Positions 44,833-58,954 are shown, numbered from the stretch's first letter. The stretch: DNA of 64,000 bases from Eledone cirrhosa (GCA_964016885.1 OZ024740.1:89962001-90026000), one strand, 5' to 3'. Notes: generated by a model not told the origin, from the sequence alone. Program-made: numbers and translations.

Positions 44833-45135
44833 CAAACTCGCTAGGGCAGATTATTTTCCGAAGTGGCCCCCGCCAAACACGAATTCAAAATGGTTGAGAA
44901 CTGTGACGTGGCAGTGGTCAAGTCAGGAAGGGTGTGATTGGTTGCTTACGGCGAGTGGGTTGGTTGCTAGAAAGCGCAGCCCAATATTGCCCAAATTGTA
45001 TCTCAAACTTATGAGAGATTATTGAATATAAATATTTACCCATACACCAATTAAACAAAGTCACAGGTATATATGTGTTTTGGCAACTATTCACGATGTG
45101 GCTCAATGAAGAATTAATAAATTAAACAATCAGAG

Positions 45136-45197
<62 letters not shown>

Positions 45198-45249
45198 TTT
45201 GTTCCATGTGTGTGGATTATAATCGTTTGTGTCTGTAGGATGGGTGTAC

Positions 45250-46010
45250 ATGTAATTGCATCGTCTTCTTTGTCTAATTATTCTTGAGACTATGGCAGAA
45301 TCCTCAAACCTACTTCCAGCGTGTCTCGTCAGAAACAACATCCTCCAATTGACCCGTGTGGATAATCAAGCAAAACCTGCCGAATTCTTTGATGTTATAC
45401 GTTCAACATCCTCCGTGTCTTCCCCTGGGGCTCCTACGAGTTGGTTCTGCCCTCAAAAGCCGTCCAGTATTAATCTTCTGAGACAGGATACACATAGAGC
45501 CTAGTATCAGAACTGTGATCCATCAATTCGTAGAAGTAGCGGCTTCCATTTCGGCAGCTTATATTCCTGGTCGTAGATTGTCGGTCATTGCCCAAGTTTC
45601 ATTACCGTAGAAATGTTATCGCGGGAGTGACGAACTGAAAACGGCGATTTCGGCTTTAACACCTACCCCATTTCATCTGGTCACCGAACGCTGAATCAGC
45701 GCATTATTGCACTTAATTTATTCTCCTGCCGTCCATCACACAGTAATATGGCACCAATATACTCGAAACTATCCACCTGAATCAATGGAAAACTACTCAC
45801 TGTAGAGTGAACTTTCCAGGCTTCCCTCATATAGCCACTGTTTCAGGCTTCACAAAACTGCTTTTTCTTCCAATCTTTTAGCATTGGGTAACGAATGTAT
45901 CAAGTGCGGGTTTGCAACATTTCTAGATTGGTGACTAACGTGTAAACCTTTGCAATAAGGCACCACAATGCAAAGGTAGTTTTGTCATATCTTCCTTCAA
46001 CCAGAGAGGC
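45250..46010 (-). mobile_element. RTE LINE RT C-terminal fragment, decayed
   Basis: QVDSFEYIGAI..DG, KAEIAV, YGNETWAMT..AAEME..LR. Confidence 0.7.
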
Positions 46011-46189
46011 TTAACAAGAGATTCGCAGACGCCTTAGGTAGAAGGCCCTATTCGAAGAATATATTGCAGTCTCCATCTCATGTTGTTTAAAGATGGTAAT
46101 AGAGCTGCTATCTGTCCTATGTGGCGTCAAATGGACGCACAAAGAATATGTATCCCCAGAAATTAAAGATGGTTCGAGGGAGAGCAAGG

Positions 46190-47340
46190 CGTAACACAAT
46201 TGGAACTTGGAATATTAATACATAGACACCTAAGAGGAAACAACTAGTGGAGCACGCTTATGCTACCGATTAGATAGAGGCGGGATTTCTGAAGGTGAAT
46301 ACCGTGGTTCTGGTACTATATTTATTGATTGATGATAGCGATCTACTATTCAGTTAAGGTCCCACAATTGGATCAAATGTGGGAGTGGGGATATTCGTAA
46401 GTAAACTTCAGTCAGAATGTGCTATGGACTAGATAGAATTGGAAGGGTCGATATGCTTATTGAAGCGTAGGCTGAAAGATAGGTATCTGTGGATGGTGCA
46501 ATTTTATTCACCAAGCAAAGTATCTAAATATGGATCATTCCTTGATGATGTGTCTGCAATGTTAGCTCTAGTTGCGACTGTGTCCTCTATCATAATGTGA
46601 GACTGCACTTTCCACGTGTATCCCAATGGGTGACTTTACTTGACATGGAAAGGAGTGATTGGAAGAAAGGGAAGTCCCGATCTAAATGCCTTATTGGACT
46701 TCTTTTCTAGTAATGGACTTTTTATTACGAACATCTTCTTGCAGCTCACAGATATCCATAAATAGACATGGCAAAAGGGGAACCAGGGACAGAGATCAAT
46801 GATCGATTAAGTCATTGTTTCCGATCTCTTCGATTCTGTGATGGGTGTCAGTGTTATGAGAGGGGCTGAGATGTCAACTATTATCATCTAATTATCTGCA
46901 ACTCGAACCAAATTAAAACCAGATATGTCCCCAAATGTGACAGGTCCAGATCAGCCTACAGGATGAGTTCGAAGCCGTTGGTGGATAAGGAATTCAGAAA
47001 CAGGTGTGCAAATAATATTGCATAAAAATTCAAAGAAAGCAAACTGAGAACTTTGAAACAGTGTAGAAATTGTTTCAATCAGTAGTTTCTGCTTCAGCTG
47101 TGAAAGTCTGCTGTCTAATAAGGTTTGTTGTACTATCGGGTTTCACAAGAAGCACTTGTTTCAAACAACCGATCAAACATGCGCTTCGAGCAAAGAGGTT
47201 GTTCTACAAACTTCGTGTGAAAATAAGTCCTCCTTCTTGAAATGGCAGTACAAGCAGGCTTGGACTGTCGCAGCAGAAAAAGTAAGGGCCTCCAAACTTT
47301 AGGCATGTGTAGACATTGGAAGTAAAAGCAATTTGCTGCT
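46190..47340 (+). mobile_element. RTE LINE APE endonuclease fragment, decayed
   Basis: TIGTWNI, GVGIFV, QFYSP, GVIGRKG, TNIF..HK.TWQK..RSMID..VSDL..RGAEMST. Confidence 0.8.
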
Positions 47341-47833
47341 GAATACTAAGATTTCGTGATTGCTTCTTGAAAATACAGTGACATTTTCGATGCAATCCTT
47401 TGTGTAATATACACATTTGATTAAACACATCAGTTTCAGCTAAAAATGTGATCGTCCAAATCCTAGTGCACTTGGGGAAAACTGATTTAACAAGTTATAT
47501 TAATACGCCAGGATATATATATACATACATACAAGCATACATACATAGATATATACAAGTATATATAAAAAAAGACCTACGGACAGAAATATGAACTTTC
47601 CTCTCTTAATATGTATGTCAGAACTGAAAGAACATTTTTTTTCAATTTTCTTATTATTCATATTAATATGAAATTTGATTGCACTATGCTTTTCCGCCGT
47701 TGAAAAAGCATATACAGCTGTAACCGCATATAAAGCATATACAGGTGTAAATAAATGTGTTGATGTTATTCTGAAAAGATCCCTCTAGTATGTTCTACTG
47801 TGTTCTTTTCCTTTTTTTTCCTTCTTACTGTTT

Positions 47834-47886
<53 letters not shown>

Positions 47887-48151
47887 GGCTCGTAATTTAT
47901 TTTTCTTTGAGCTATTTTAATTATAAGGGACTATAGTGAGTTTTTAACTCAATGTATACTTTTGATAAACTCAGGTCCTAGAATTGTGTCTCGCTTTACA
48001 TGTCGAGTGACTCCGGCGGCTATTTTTTAGTTACGTGCATTTTACAAGACCCGCTAGGTACGGAATACCATGTGCATTTTTTTACTCTCTTAAAACACGC
48101 GAATCATTTAGTGTTTTAAGATGTTTAGGAGTGAGAGGATTACTAATCTCT

Positions 48152-48229
48152 ACATCTACTGAAGAGCAATCGGATTTGTAACTCTCTCCACTTTGTTGCG
48201 AAACAGTTCTACCAAAAGCTGTCCGATGT
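48152..48229 (+). ncRNA. Type I hammerhead ribozyme
   Basis: ACATCta-CTGAAGA-GCAAT..GTTGC-GAAA-CAGTT ctaccaaa AGCTG-TC-cGATGT. GUC site; stem I is imperfect. Lies downstream of (TA)n at 47838-47880. Confidence 0.75.
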
Positions 48230-49427
48230 TGATAGTTATCATGATTCGATTTCTAATTCATAATGTATCCTTTTAATTGAGTCCAGCAAACCGTAAGATA
48301 CGTAAAATAGGTTACAATTCACGGTGAAGTCATGCAAGAACATGTTTAAGCTTAACTTGTTTAAACAGTTAATGTAGCAAACAAATTAAGTCATCGTAAT
48401 TATAGTCAGGAAGTAAACTTTGATTAAATTTATCAGGGGCCTTTTATAGAAACAAAAGATCATTTAAATAATGAAAAGACTAGTATTTGAAGCAAATTAA
48501 TACATTTTATTTTCCTTAAATATGTTCAAACAGCGAATCTCATTGGAAAACCTTCCAAACAACATAAGAACATCATGATCAATGAAATACATTTAAAGCG
48601 TTTAAAACAAGAGACTGACGTGCGAGAGAGAAAGCAACGGATTAAGAAGATATCAAGTACTTAACGAAAACTACGAGAGTTTACTATAAACTATACTAAT
48701 ATCCTATTAATTAATTGTAGGTAAAGATATATCTTGACATGTTTAGGGTTAAGTATTTTATCCAATTTATTATTATTAATCCTTTCATATTCTATATCTT
48801 AATTTTATTTATGTAATGATGTTCTGCATATTTATTTGATAAACTGGGAAATGGAAGTGTTATACAATCAAATATACCCTATATGGCTTCAAGAGAAACT
48901 AATGCTATTATTATTAGACATTATATAATAATGTGTCATCCTATATGTTGTATTCATTATCGTAACAACATTTAAGATTTAACTAATAGAATAATTTAAG
49001 TTTATGAATTGTAATATTTTGGTGTAATTCATTTGTTATACTTATAATGTAATTCTACTATGAAATATATGACTCCCTTGTGACTTAAATAATTGCATTC
49101 AGGGCAATCTTAATGTATCACGCATAGTATTAATTTGCCCTTTAATTAATTTTAATTTATTTGATATTCATCATAGAAATGCCACCACAAACTCAATAAT
49201 AATATATAAAACACTAAGAACACGGTTTCTAATTAAAATTATATATATAATTCAATGTATATATAAATGTATATATATATATATATATATATTTAAAAGA
49301 ATAGAGGTGTAACACACGAGTTATGATATATTGGTAAAAGGAAAATGCTGACAAATTATTCCCAGTGAAAAATAGTTTAAACTATTTTTCACTGGGAACA
49401 ATTTGTCGGCATTTTCTTTTTCTCTTA

Positions 49428-49498
<71 letters not shown>

Positions 49499-49595
49499 AA
49501 GTGTGTGTGTGTATGTGTGTGTATGTGTGTGTGTTTGTATGTGTGTGTGTATGTGTGTGTGTGTGTGTGCCCGTGTGTGCTTGTGTGTTTGTTTC

Positions 49596-51320
49596 AAGTT
49601 CATTCACCCTCCTCGTCCGCAGCTCCCTAAAAGCCCGGTTCGCTTCACTTCTTCAGGCCTCGCTTCTAACCCACGTCGGACAGACTGGACGTCACCTGGC
49701 GGATCGGTTCACGGAGCAACACCGCGATATTCGTATCGGCGGGTGTTCCCCTATCGCCCGCCAGTTTAGCTCCCCTGGATATTCTGCCCACCACCTCACA
49801 GTCTGGGGCCTGATCCAATGCTATGGGACACCCGACACCCGCATCACGGTCGCGCAACAAACCAACTTCACCCTACAGACTCACATACCCCCGGCTTGAA
49901 CTCCCCACCCCTCTTCCTTAGCATTCGACCGCTCATTCCCCCCCCCACACACACACATCCCCCAATAATACAATCCTCAGTTTCAGCGCCCCCACCCCAC
50001 AACAAATAATACTAACACCCCCGACCTGGAAACCCCCTAACTAACAAAACTAACATCCCCCAGCCCACCTTCACCCTCACCCACACACACGAAAACACAC
50101 TATCACACATACACTCAACCACACCTACGTAAACACCCATACACCACCCACCCCACACACACAACCACCTCTAACCCCCACTCACACACCCGCATTCAAT
50201 GTCTTCCACAACACCAGTCATACTAACACCCTCTCTACCACACACACTCATATCCAAACACGAACACACTTAGCAGTACACTACACTCGCTTCTCCATTC
50301 CCCACACATTTTCTCTCCCTCTCTCACCGCTCCACTTCCACCTCATCACACACACATCCCACTAACACCTCCACTAATATACACACGAAGCCCCCACACC
50401 ACCATCTTCTCCCTCCACCTTTCACACCTACCCATCCCCTCCCCTGTCCACCGTACCTCCGCGCACACAGACACACAGCCCACACCACATACATACCCTT
50501 CCTATATTTTCCTGTCATCCTCCTCTACTGCTATCTCTTCACCCTGCCTTGACCCTCTGACCACTTCCTGTTGCGCGCACACCCCACATCCATCCACTTC
50601 CTCACTACAACTCCAGGATTTTACACCACCGATCATCGCATCCAGCCATCCATCCTACGACTCGTGGAATCTCCAACATCTGTTCTCACACTCCGTGGAA
50701 ATACCTTAAGAACATACGCACCAACAAACACTTACATTATTTTCGAACCACGCTGCCTACATCCACTCCACATTTAAACACAAACACACTGGTGCGTATA
50801 CTCACCTACATAACACCTCGCCTCCGGACTCCACACGCCCTCTCTACCCCACTCCTCTGACCCCTCTCCATCCACAGAGACACACTCACAGACTGACACC
50901 CCACCCCATGTACACACCGGTTTCCCTTTTATCTGAACATGGAACGATCTTCATACCCCAACTCTCACATTCACATACACACACACACACACACACACAC
51001 GTACACCTACAAATATACATACACTCCACATTCAGCCTTCCCCACTCATACATCCCCACCTCCCTTTCCCCTTACATCCCCCTCCACCCACCACCACCCC
51101 TACACGCCTCACATCCTTTCACCACTTGTTGCTTTTTATTTTACTTAAAAAAATTTGTTTACTCTCTAAAAAAATTGTTTTACTCCCTTCCCGCCCTTTT
51201 TTTTAAATGTCTTTCACCACTCCCCCTCACCCTCGGAACTTTCTTCCTACCCACTTTTCTCCTGATAAACGGCTTATGCGCGAAATGTCGTCCCCCACCC
51301 CCCACTCTCAAGTGTGAAAC
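49596..51320 (+). mobile_element. Neptune-like PLE 3' fragment: GIY-YIG C-half + long C/A-rich 3' region
   Basis: HVGQTGRHLADRFTEQHRDIR..PIARQFSSPGYS..LTVWGL..FTLQTHIP.GLN; degenerate HHR core CTGATAA..CGAAATGTCGTC at ~51262-51292. Confidence 0.75.
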
Positions 51321-51647
51321 TAATAATTGTTTCTACTTTAGGCACAAGGCCAGCAAACTACTCAGTGCATTACTGGTACTTTATTTTATCGACCCCGTAA
51401 GGATGAAAGGCAAAGTCAACCTCGGAGAGATTTGAACTCAGATAGTAAAGGGACGTAACTATGCTGGAAAGCATGGCGTCCGACACTCTACCGATACTGC
51501 CAATCCACTGATAATTGTTTCTACATTTGGCACAAGTCAATGAATTACCCAGTGCACTGCGGGTACTTTATTTTATCGACCCTGTAAGGATGAAAGGCCA
51601 AGTTAACCTCGGCGAGATTTGAACTCAGAATGGCAAGGGCTGTAACA
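51321..51647 (-). mobile_element. Two tandem SINE family A copies (51321-51508, 51510-51647)
   Basis: Repeated ataattgtttctac..ggtactttattttatcgaccc.gtaaggatgaaaggc..aacctcgg.gagatttgaactcaga. Confidence 0.9.
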
Positions 51648-51832
51648 GTATTCTGTTTTTTTGTTCTATGTTTACTTTTAAATAAAATATATATATATAT
51701 AGTTGTATGGTTGCATGAAAAATGCCTCCGTAGGCGTTATGCCGGTTGAGGACTCGATGCTCGCGCGGAGCTGAATATAATACTATAAGTATAAGGAATA
51801 AGGATTCCGTGTTGCATCATGACATATTTAAT

Positions 51833-51926
51833 AACATATTACATATGTTTCACTCTCGATCAGCTGGAGGCAAGACCTATTATAGATCGAACCTGACTTT
51901 GTAATCGAAAGATCGTCAGATATGTT
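51833..51926 (-). ncRNA. Intact type I hammerhead ribozyme
   Basis: Minus strand: AACATAT-CTGACGA-tCTTTCGATT..GATCGAGAGt-GAAA-CATATG-TA-ATATGTT. Palindromic stem III, GUA site. Confidence 0.85.
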
Positions 51927-52170
51927 TAGTATATGAATTCGTCTCCGATTCTGTGAGTTCAAATCTCTAGCTTTTAGGCATCTACAGCACATATTAATAT
52001 CAGATTATTCTACGCCCATTCACTGTTTCAATTATCACACCATCACATCAGTCTATCCTCGAAGTGGCGGCTGTCTGTCCTCCGGTCAAACTTTCGCGTG
52101 CGTACATGCATGGGAGGTCATGGCTTGCCATTTACTGCTAGATTTAATGTTCATATACCACCGATATCTC

Positions 52171-52207
<37 letters not shown>

Positions 52208-52208
52208 T

Positions 52209-52252
<44 letters not shown>

Positions 52253-52484
52253 CATTTTCATACACATACACAGACAGACAGACACACACACGCACACATA
52301 TATATATATATATATATATATGTAAATCGACACGGACTCATTCGGATACGAGCACATATGTCTACATCCACAAAAGTACACGCATACACCCATACATCCA
52401 TGTATAAATAAGTAATATAAATAGGCACACATATATGTATACATACTCACATATATATATACACATATACCAACATACACACAC

Positions 52485-52557
<73 letters not shown>

Positions 52558-53299
52558 GTTATTCCGGGTTGAATCGGAGGTAACCACAGTAAGTAACGTA
52601 CTCAATACATAGCCGAGTATACAAGTTTTAATATAGAAGAGCTTCTACACGACGAGAACTGTTTCATTCGTGAGAAATCACCAGGAAGCTGGCCGTCCAA
52701 ATAAGTGGTAGTATTTATATATTTCATTTTCTGGTGGTAGGAGAGGATGTGGGTTGGGAGAGGTGGAGGCCATTGGTTGAAGGATTTAAAGAAAAGGGAG
52801 TACATTAAGCTAATTGTTTAAAGCTATAATATTAACAAAGGCAGAAGAAATACTGTAAACAAATTCAAAATCGGAATACCTATCCTTGTTTATCACTTAA
52901 AGAAACAATGACAGCAAAGACAGGTGTCGACAGGATGGGTGTGGGGTCCAATGGTTTAAAGAAATGGCAAATTCTTTAGAAGCTAGTTCTTTAAGGCTGA
53001 AATAAGGGTGACAAAGGCAGAAAGGCTTCCTTCAACAGATTCAAGTGTTGGTTTGAAGCCCCTTATTGTGAAGTTTCACTTAATATATATTCCAGGTGTC
53101 GACAAGCACATTCATACTGACGCCCACTTACACACGTACGCACACATACACGCACGGACACACAGGCAGGCACACACACAACAAATATACATAATGGTGC
53201 ATTTATATATATATATATATTGTTATACTTGGGGAGGGTCATATTTGTGTAATAATATTGCCAGAATTAATAACAGAACACAATCACTGTTTGGTTGGT

Positions 53300-55200
53300 T
53301 TTCGCTTCTGTGTCTTTTATATCAGTTAATTTAATTTATTCGGTCCTCAATGTTGCCATTGACTGACCGACGGTCAAAAATACAGATTCAATATAGACAC
53401 AAACACATATATATAGTCTATCAAAGTTCTTTCGTTGCACATCTACAACATCGTCAGTGTTGCTATTATGTTTCCTCCCGTTGCATTGTATACTTACACC
53501 ATCTTTATTTAGTCTGTTTAGTTATTTATTTAGTTATTGTTTTTTTGTCTTCTCTGCGCACGCGTTTGTCTGTGTGTATAGTGTTTTGTTTGATGTGTGT
53601 TCTTGTTTGGGTGACTGTGTTATGGTTAATGTATTCTATCTTAGTTTACTAGTGTGTGTTTATATGTGTTTGTTGTTATTGTGCTTGTGTATGTATTTAT
53701 TTATTTGTTTATTTATTTATTTATTTATACTTCTCATACGTCAGTGTTGTTTGTTTGGGTGGTGTTGTTATTCCATTCATTGTTTTATGTTTAGCCTTGG
53801 CCTTCTAAGTTCTATTTCGCTGGCCTCTCTGATTTGCCTATCTGCTGGGTCATTTATATGTTTAGATAATATTCTAACTTCTATGTTGTCTATGTGACCG
53901 TTGTGTCGTTGTATGGCATGTTCGTATAGTACTGAACCGTTTTATCGTCCTTTTAGTCCTCAGTGTTGGTCTATCATTTCACCTATGCTACGAGCTGTCT
54001 CGACTATGTATGTTGTTGTCATGTTTCTGTAAGTACCCTCTGTACATCTTATGCTATAGACTAAATTTCTAGTTTTACAGTTTATCCGGGGGTTTACTCT
54101 ACATGTGTTACATTTCCTATTAGTACAGTGGGTTTTCTTAAAAGGGTAGGTTTTGCTGATCAGGGGTTGTATGGTGGTTCCTGGCTATTCTACCACCTTA
54201 ATCTTTAAGTAGGTCTTTCTCAAAGCCTTTCTACACTGGTTAGCTAATTTCCCTCCAGGGGTAGCGTCCACAAACATGACACTCTGGTATCTCTTGTTGT
54301 CGTACCATGAGGTGGCTTTCCCTATCTTATGTCTTGTCCTATCTAAGCTATTCCATGATTTGCTCCTGTATAATGGGCAATTCCTTTCATGTCCAGTTCT
54401 ATGAGGGTCTTATACTTCTCCGTGGCTCCTTCGTATACTCTGATGTTGTCTCTTTGGTTGTAGCCAGAGAACTGAATGCGGTTGATGAAGTGTTGGATGT
54501 GTCTTTCCATTTCTGTTGGGTCGCATATGCGGGACACGTTCTTCATCACACGTACCAAGTCTGCGATCATAATATTAAACTTAGCACTACTGGACATTGC
54601 TGAGTGTTTGAGTATCAGGTATTTGGAGGCCATGTGTTTAGCATTGTGTGAGTGGAGAAATTGGGCTCTCTCGTCTATAGCGTTAATCCAGAGTTCCGTG
54701 TCTAATACAGGTAGTCTCTTATTAGGGTGTTTGGAAGGGTAGTCGATAGTTACAGGTATACTCTGGTGTATGGAATTAGCTATCTGCTAACTGCTTTCCA
54801 TTGTGCTACGTTATAAATCAAACTTGTTAGTGCTCTCTTGTGGGGATGTCCTCATTATTATATTGATGTCGTCTACGTAACGAGAGTACATGATGATGTA
54901 TATGGAGCTCTCATCAAGGAGATCTTTGAGTCTCCTTTCCCACCATACCATAAAAAGTTTGGCAACGTCACCAGCTAAGCTGTCGCCAATGGCTGCTCCC
55001 TCATTTTGAGTGTAGATCTCGTTGTACTTGAATATGTGTTTTCCCAGTGCTCCTCGCTATATTGCTATCTTTTTCTCTGGTAGCGGCTCGATTTTCCTCT
55101 CTTTTGAATGCCTTTTGTTCTATGTGGTCTAAGATGTGTGTATTATGTGATTTTTTATTTGTTCTCTTTCTTTTTTTCCTTTCCCTTTCTTGTGTATATA
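53300..55200 (-). mobile_element. Penelope-like element, same clade as 28000-29765, decayed
   Basis: QNEGAAIGDSLAGDVAKLFMVWW, YSRYVDDI, DYPSKHPNKRLPVLDTELW, ADLVRVMKNVSR, VMFVDATPGG, CKTRNLVYSIRC..YIVETARS. Confidence 0.9.
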
Positions 55201-55206
55201 TTATAT

Positions 55207-55392
55207 TGAATTGGCAGGAACGGTATAGGGTCGGACGCCATGCTTTCCAGCATAATCACGTCCCTTTATTGTCTGAGTTCAAATCTCGTCGGGGTTAACT
55301 TTGCCTTTCATCCTTATAGGGTCGATACAATGATGTACCAGTAATACACAAGAATAATTTCTGGCCTTGTGCCAAAAGTAGAAACAATTATA
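55207..55392 (+). mobile_element. SINE family A
   Basis: ttggcagg..gtcggacgccatgc..gagttcaaatc..aactttgcctttcatcct..gtagaaacaatta. Confidence 0.88.
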
Positions 55393-55937
55393 TTTGTTAG
55401 AATTTTCGTTCTGTAACCATTATATTAAATGAGTTTTTAAAAAAAAACGAGTTAATAAATAGATAAAGAGTTAATGAATAAAGAAAATGTTAAACTTGTT
55501 TTACCTCCCATTTCCAATTCACCGAACGCTGCTATCATGTCTGTATGTGTGTGTTTTTGTAAATGTATATGTATGAATCTATGTATCTTTGTGTGAAAGA
55601 ATGTGTGGATGAATGTGCATCTTTGTGAGAGTGTATTTATATAAGTTTGTGTTTGCGCAATTATAGTTATATACACATACATATAGATGTAGGCACAATC
55701 ATACGCTTCAGCGTGTAGGAAATCATAATCTCTCTATCTATCTTATCACACACTCTCTCTTTCTATATATATGGTAATTGAACTGGTGGTGGTGGCGACG
55801 ATATACCGGAAGTGTAGAAATGTGAAACTTTGAACAGAAGTCAATTTTAAATTATTTATGTTTACGAAATGTAGTTACGAAATTGAGTACATAAATTATG
55901 TAATATTCATTCAAGCATTATTTATTCAAAGTAATCC

Positions 55938-56016
55938 CGCCGAGGTTAACGGGGTCGATAAAATAAAGTACCAGTAATGCACTGGGTAATTGTGGCTTGT
56001 GCCATAAGTAGAAACA
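55938..56016 (+). mobile_element. 5'-truncated SINE A with ~21-bp target-site duplication
   Basis: attatttattcaaagtaatcc (55917-55937) / attatttattaaaagtaatcc (56017-56037) flank the insert. Confidence 0.85.
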
Positions 56017-56272
56017 ATTATTTATTAAAAGTAATCCAACTTGTTTTACTAACTGGATTAAAGAAATAAACCGTACGCAGTCCCGAATCCTTACTTCATT
56101 ATAATTTAGATTGACCTTCTCATTTTTTCAATAATGTCATCTTTTCAATAATGTGTTTGACGAATCAAGGAAGGGAAAAAAAAGAAAAACAGGTCCTAAA
56201 ATATATTTTCCGTGCTATTTTCAACTTAACCATTTCTCTATATCCACTGTTTTGTATAGAACCTTACTTCCC

Positions 56273-56327
<55 letters not shown>

Positions 56328-56472
56328 GTGAGGTTTTTTTTTGGGTTGTTCTTTTACAAAATGAAAAATAACCGAGGTGTCCTACACGAGTGGAAGTATA
56401 AAGAAAAAGGGATGAAATCGAAAATGCAACTGAAGTCTTATTTTTTTTTAAAATATATATATTTATTTGGTT

Positions 56473-56510
56473 CCTTTACCGGTTTCGCAGTTCTTCTGCT
56501 TTTCAAAAGG
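56473..56510 (-). ncRNA. Hammerhead ribozyme, U3-A8 variant
   Basis: CCTT-TTGAAAA-GCAG aagaa CTGC-GAAA-CCGG-TA-AAGG. Confidence 0.8.
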
Positions 56511-57001
56511 TGAGTTGAGATGGAGGGTCTGTGGTTTTTCTCACATCTGGTTGGTCTCTAAATGTTACTTGTTTTATATGGAAAAAGTGGCTCGAAAGCC
56601 AGGTTTTTCGAGAAGTAATTTGATTGGTTTGTCAATAATTATAATAAATTTCGCGCCAGTTCGCGTTACAATAGTTCTTCAAATAAGAGAGGGGGGGTTG
56701 TCACAGGTTGTTTTTTCATATATGAGTGTTTGAATTTCTTTTTACTTGAAAAAATGAGGCTCACGAAGGCTTTTTTTTGGATGGTTATAAATGAAATTTG
56801 GCTGTTTTCATTACATTTTTGCGCCCTTATTTGGAAAACTAAGTCTTTATAGTGAATGTTATGACAATGGAGAGATAGTGGTCAAGGGAAAAGGGATTGG
56901 AAGAAATGTTCTGGTTCAGTGAATATGGCCAGCTGTCAGAGTTCAGGTGTCAGAGTTCAGATTTTCTATTGAGACTGAAGATATGTGTTTATTTGTGTGC
57001 T

Positions 57002-57032
<31 letters not shown>

Positions 57033-57527
57033 ATGTGTGTATTGGAAGATGATTCTATTAGTAGAGATGGGGGAGGGAGTTGTGTGTGTGTATATATGGG
57101 TGTTATGTGTGTGTGTGCGAGTATGTTAGATGGAGAGAATATATATTTTGTGTGTGTGTATATATATATATGTGTGTAGGAAAGTGGTTCTATTAGTAGA
57201 ACTGGGGAGGGTGTTGTAGGTGTGGGGGTTGTTATGTGTGTGTATGGGTGTTATGTGTGTGGGAGTATGGTTAGCATGTTAAGATGAAGAGAATATCTAT
57301 ATATATATATATATATTGTGTGTGTGTGTATGTGTGTGTGTAGGAACATGATTCCTTTAGTAGGAATATTTTTGAATGAACATATTTTCCTGACTTGTTC
57401 GTGTTTGCTGTTGTATCGCCAGTGCAAACGTATGTTAAGGTTTATTTAGTTCGGGTTTTTATTTTCTAAAGTAGAAGGTGTTATGTGTGTGTGTGTATGT
57501 CATATTGTGGTGTTGACATAATGTATA

Positions 57528-58574
57528 TTAAACCTTATTTAATGTTGGTCTATATTTTTGAATAAACATATTTTCCTTATTTATTCGCATTTGTTCTGTT
57601 GTATTGTTAGCGCAAAGGTAAAATGGGAAGACTTGGAATTTGGGTATCTCATTACTTGCGCAAATGTCTAGATGTGCACTTAGTGGTATCTGTCTCATGG
57701 TTGGATCTCGTAATTGTTGGCGATGAACTGTCATTCTGTTTCTGAGTGTGAGTTTAGTTTGTCCTATATAATCTTCATTGCATCCTTTACATTTAATGGC
57801 ATAAAGTAGATTTTTTGATGAGCAAGTGAAGTGATTTTTTACAGTAAAATTTTGTCCTGATTTAAATGTATACGTGTTGCCTTCAATGAGGTGAGTGCAG
57901 GTTCCACAATTAGAGCGACCACATTTTTTGATACTTGGTTGTGGGTTTGTGGTAGGTAATTTGGCATTGGTGAATAATGTTTTCAGTGATTTTGGTTGTC
58001 TTTTGCTTTTGATTATTTTGTGTGTTTCAAGGGCTTTTTTCATTCTTGGGTTTTGTTTTAGTAGTGGGATGTTATTGTGAATAGTGTTGTAAGCTTCCGC
58101 ATTTCTTGGGTTGTGTGTTGAGATATATGATAGAATATTGGACGTACCTTGAATTTGTTTCTGTTTCTGTAATTCATCAATGCCTATTGCTTTAGCCCTT
58201 TCTATTCCATTATTTATTAGTAATAGTGGGTACTCTCTCTCAAGTAGAATTTCCTTTAATTCTTGAAGTCTTTTATTTCGCGTTTCATAATTGGAGACAA
58301 TTGTGCAAATTCTTCTTGCTAGGTTAAAAGGAATGTTCGTCTTCGTGTTCTTTGGATGGTTGGAGGTGAATAGCAGATATTGTTTGAAATCTGTTGGTTT
58401 GTAGTGTATGTCAGTTTCGATATTTGTATCTTTTTTTGTGATTAAGATGTCCAGAAATGGGAGTTGATCTTGGCTGTATTCCATTGTGAATTGGATGTGG
58501 TTATTGATGCCGTTTATTAAGTTTTTGAAATCCTTCAGTTGGTCGAGGGTGTGGGACCAAAGAATGAGGCAATC
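57528..58574 (-). pseudogene. 5'-truncated PLE polyprotein: RT C-half, Cys-rich linker, GIY-YIG endonuclease
   Basis: IQFTMEYS..LPFLDILI..TDIHYKPTD..YLLFTSNHP..IPFNLARRICTI; CGRSNCGTC; NLLYAIKC..C..YIGQT..RMTVH; ~350 codons without a stop. Confidence 0.92.
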
Positions 58575-58847
58575 AACCAAAAAAAAGCCTTCGTGAGCCT
58601 CATTTTTTTCAAGTAAAAAGAAATTCAAACACTCATATATGAAAAAACAACCTGTGACAACACCCCCTCTCTTATTTGAAGAACTATTGTAACGCGAACT
58701 CGCGCGAAATTTATTATAATTATTGACAAACCAATCAAATTACTTCTCGAAAAACCTGGCTTTCGAGCTACTTTTTCCATATAAAACAAATAACATTTAG
58801 AGACCAACCAGATGTGAGAAAAACCACAGACCCTCCATCTCAACTCA

Positions 58848-58885
58848 CCTTTTGAAAAGCAGAAGAACTGCGAAACCGGTAAAGG
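58848..58885 (+). ncRNA. Hammerhead ribozyme, U3-A8 variant (inverted pLTR copy)
   Basis: Identical 38-nt motif on the plus strand. Confidence 0.8.
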
Positions 58886-58954
58886 AACCAAATAAATATA
58901 TATATTTAAAAAAAAAATAAGACTTCAGTTGCATTTTCGATTTCATCCCTTTTT

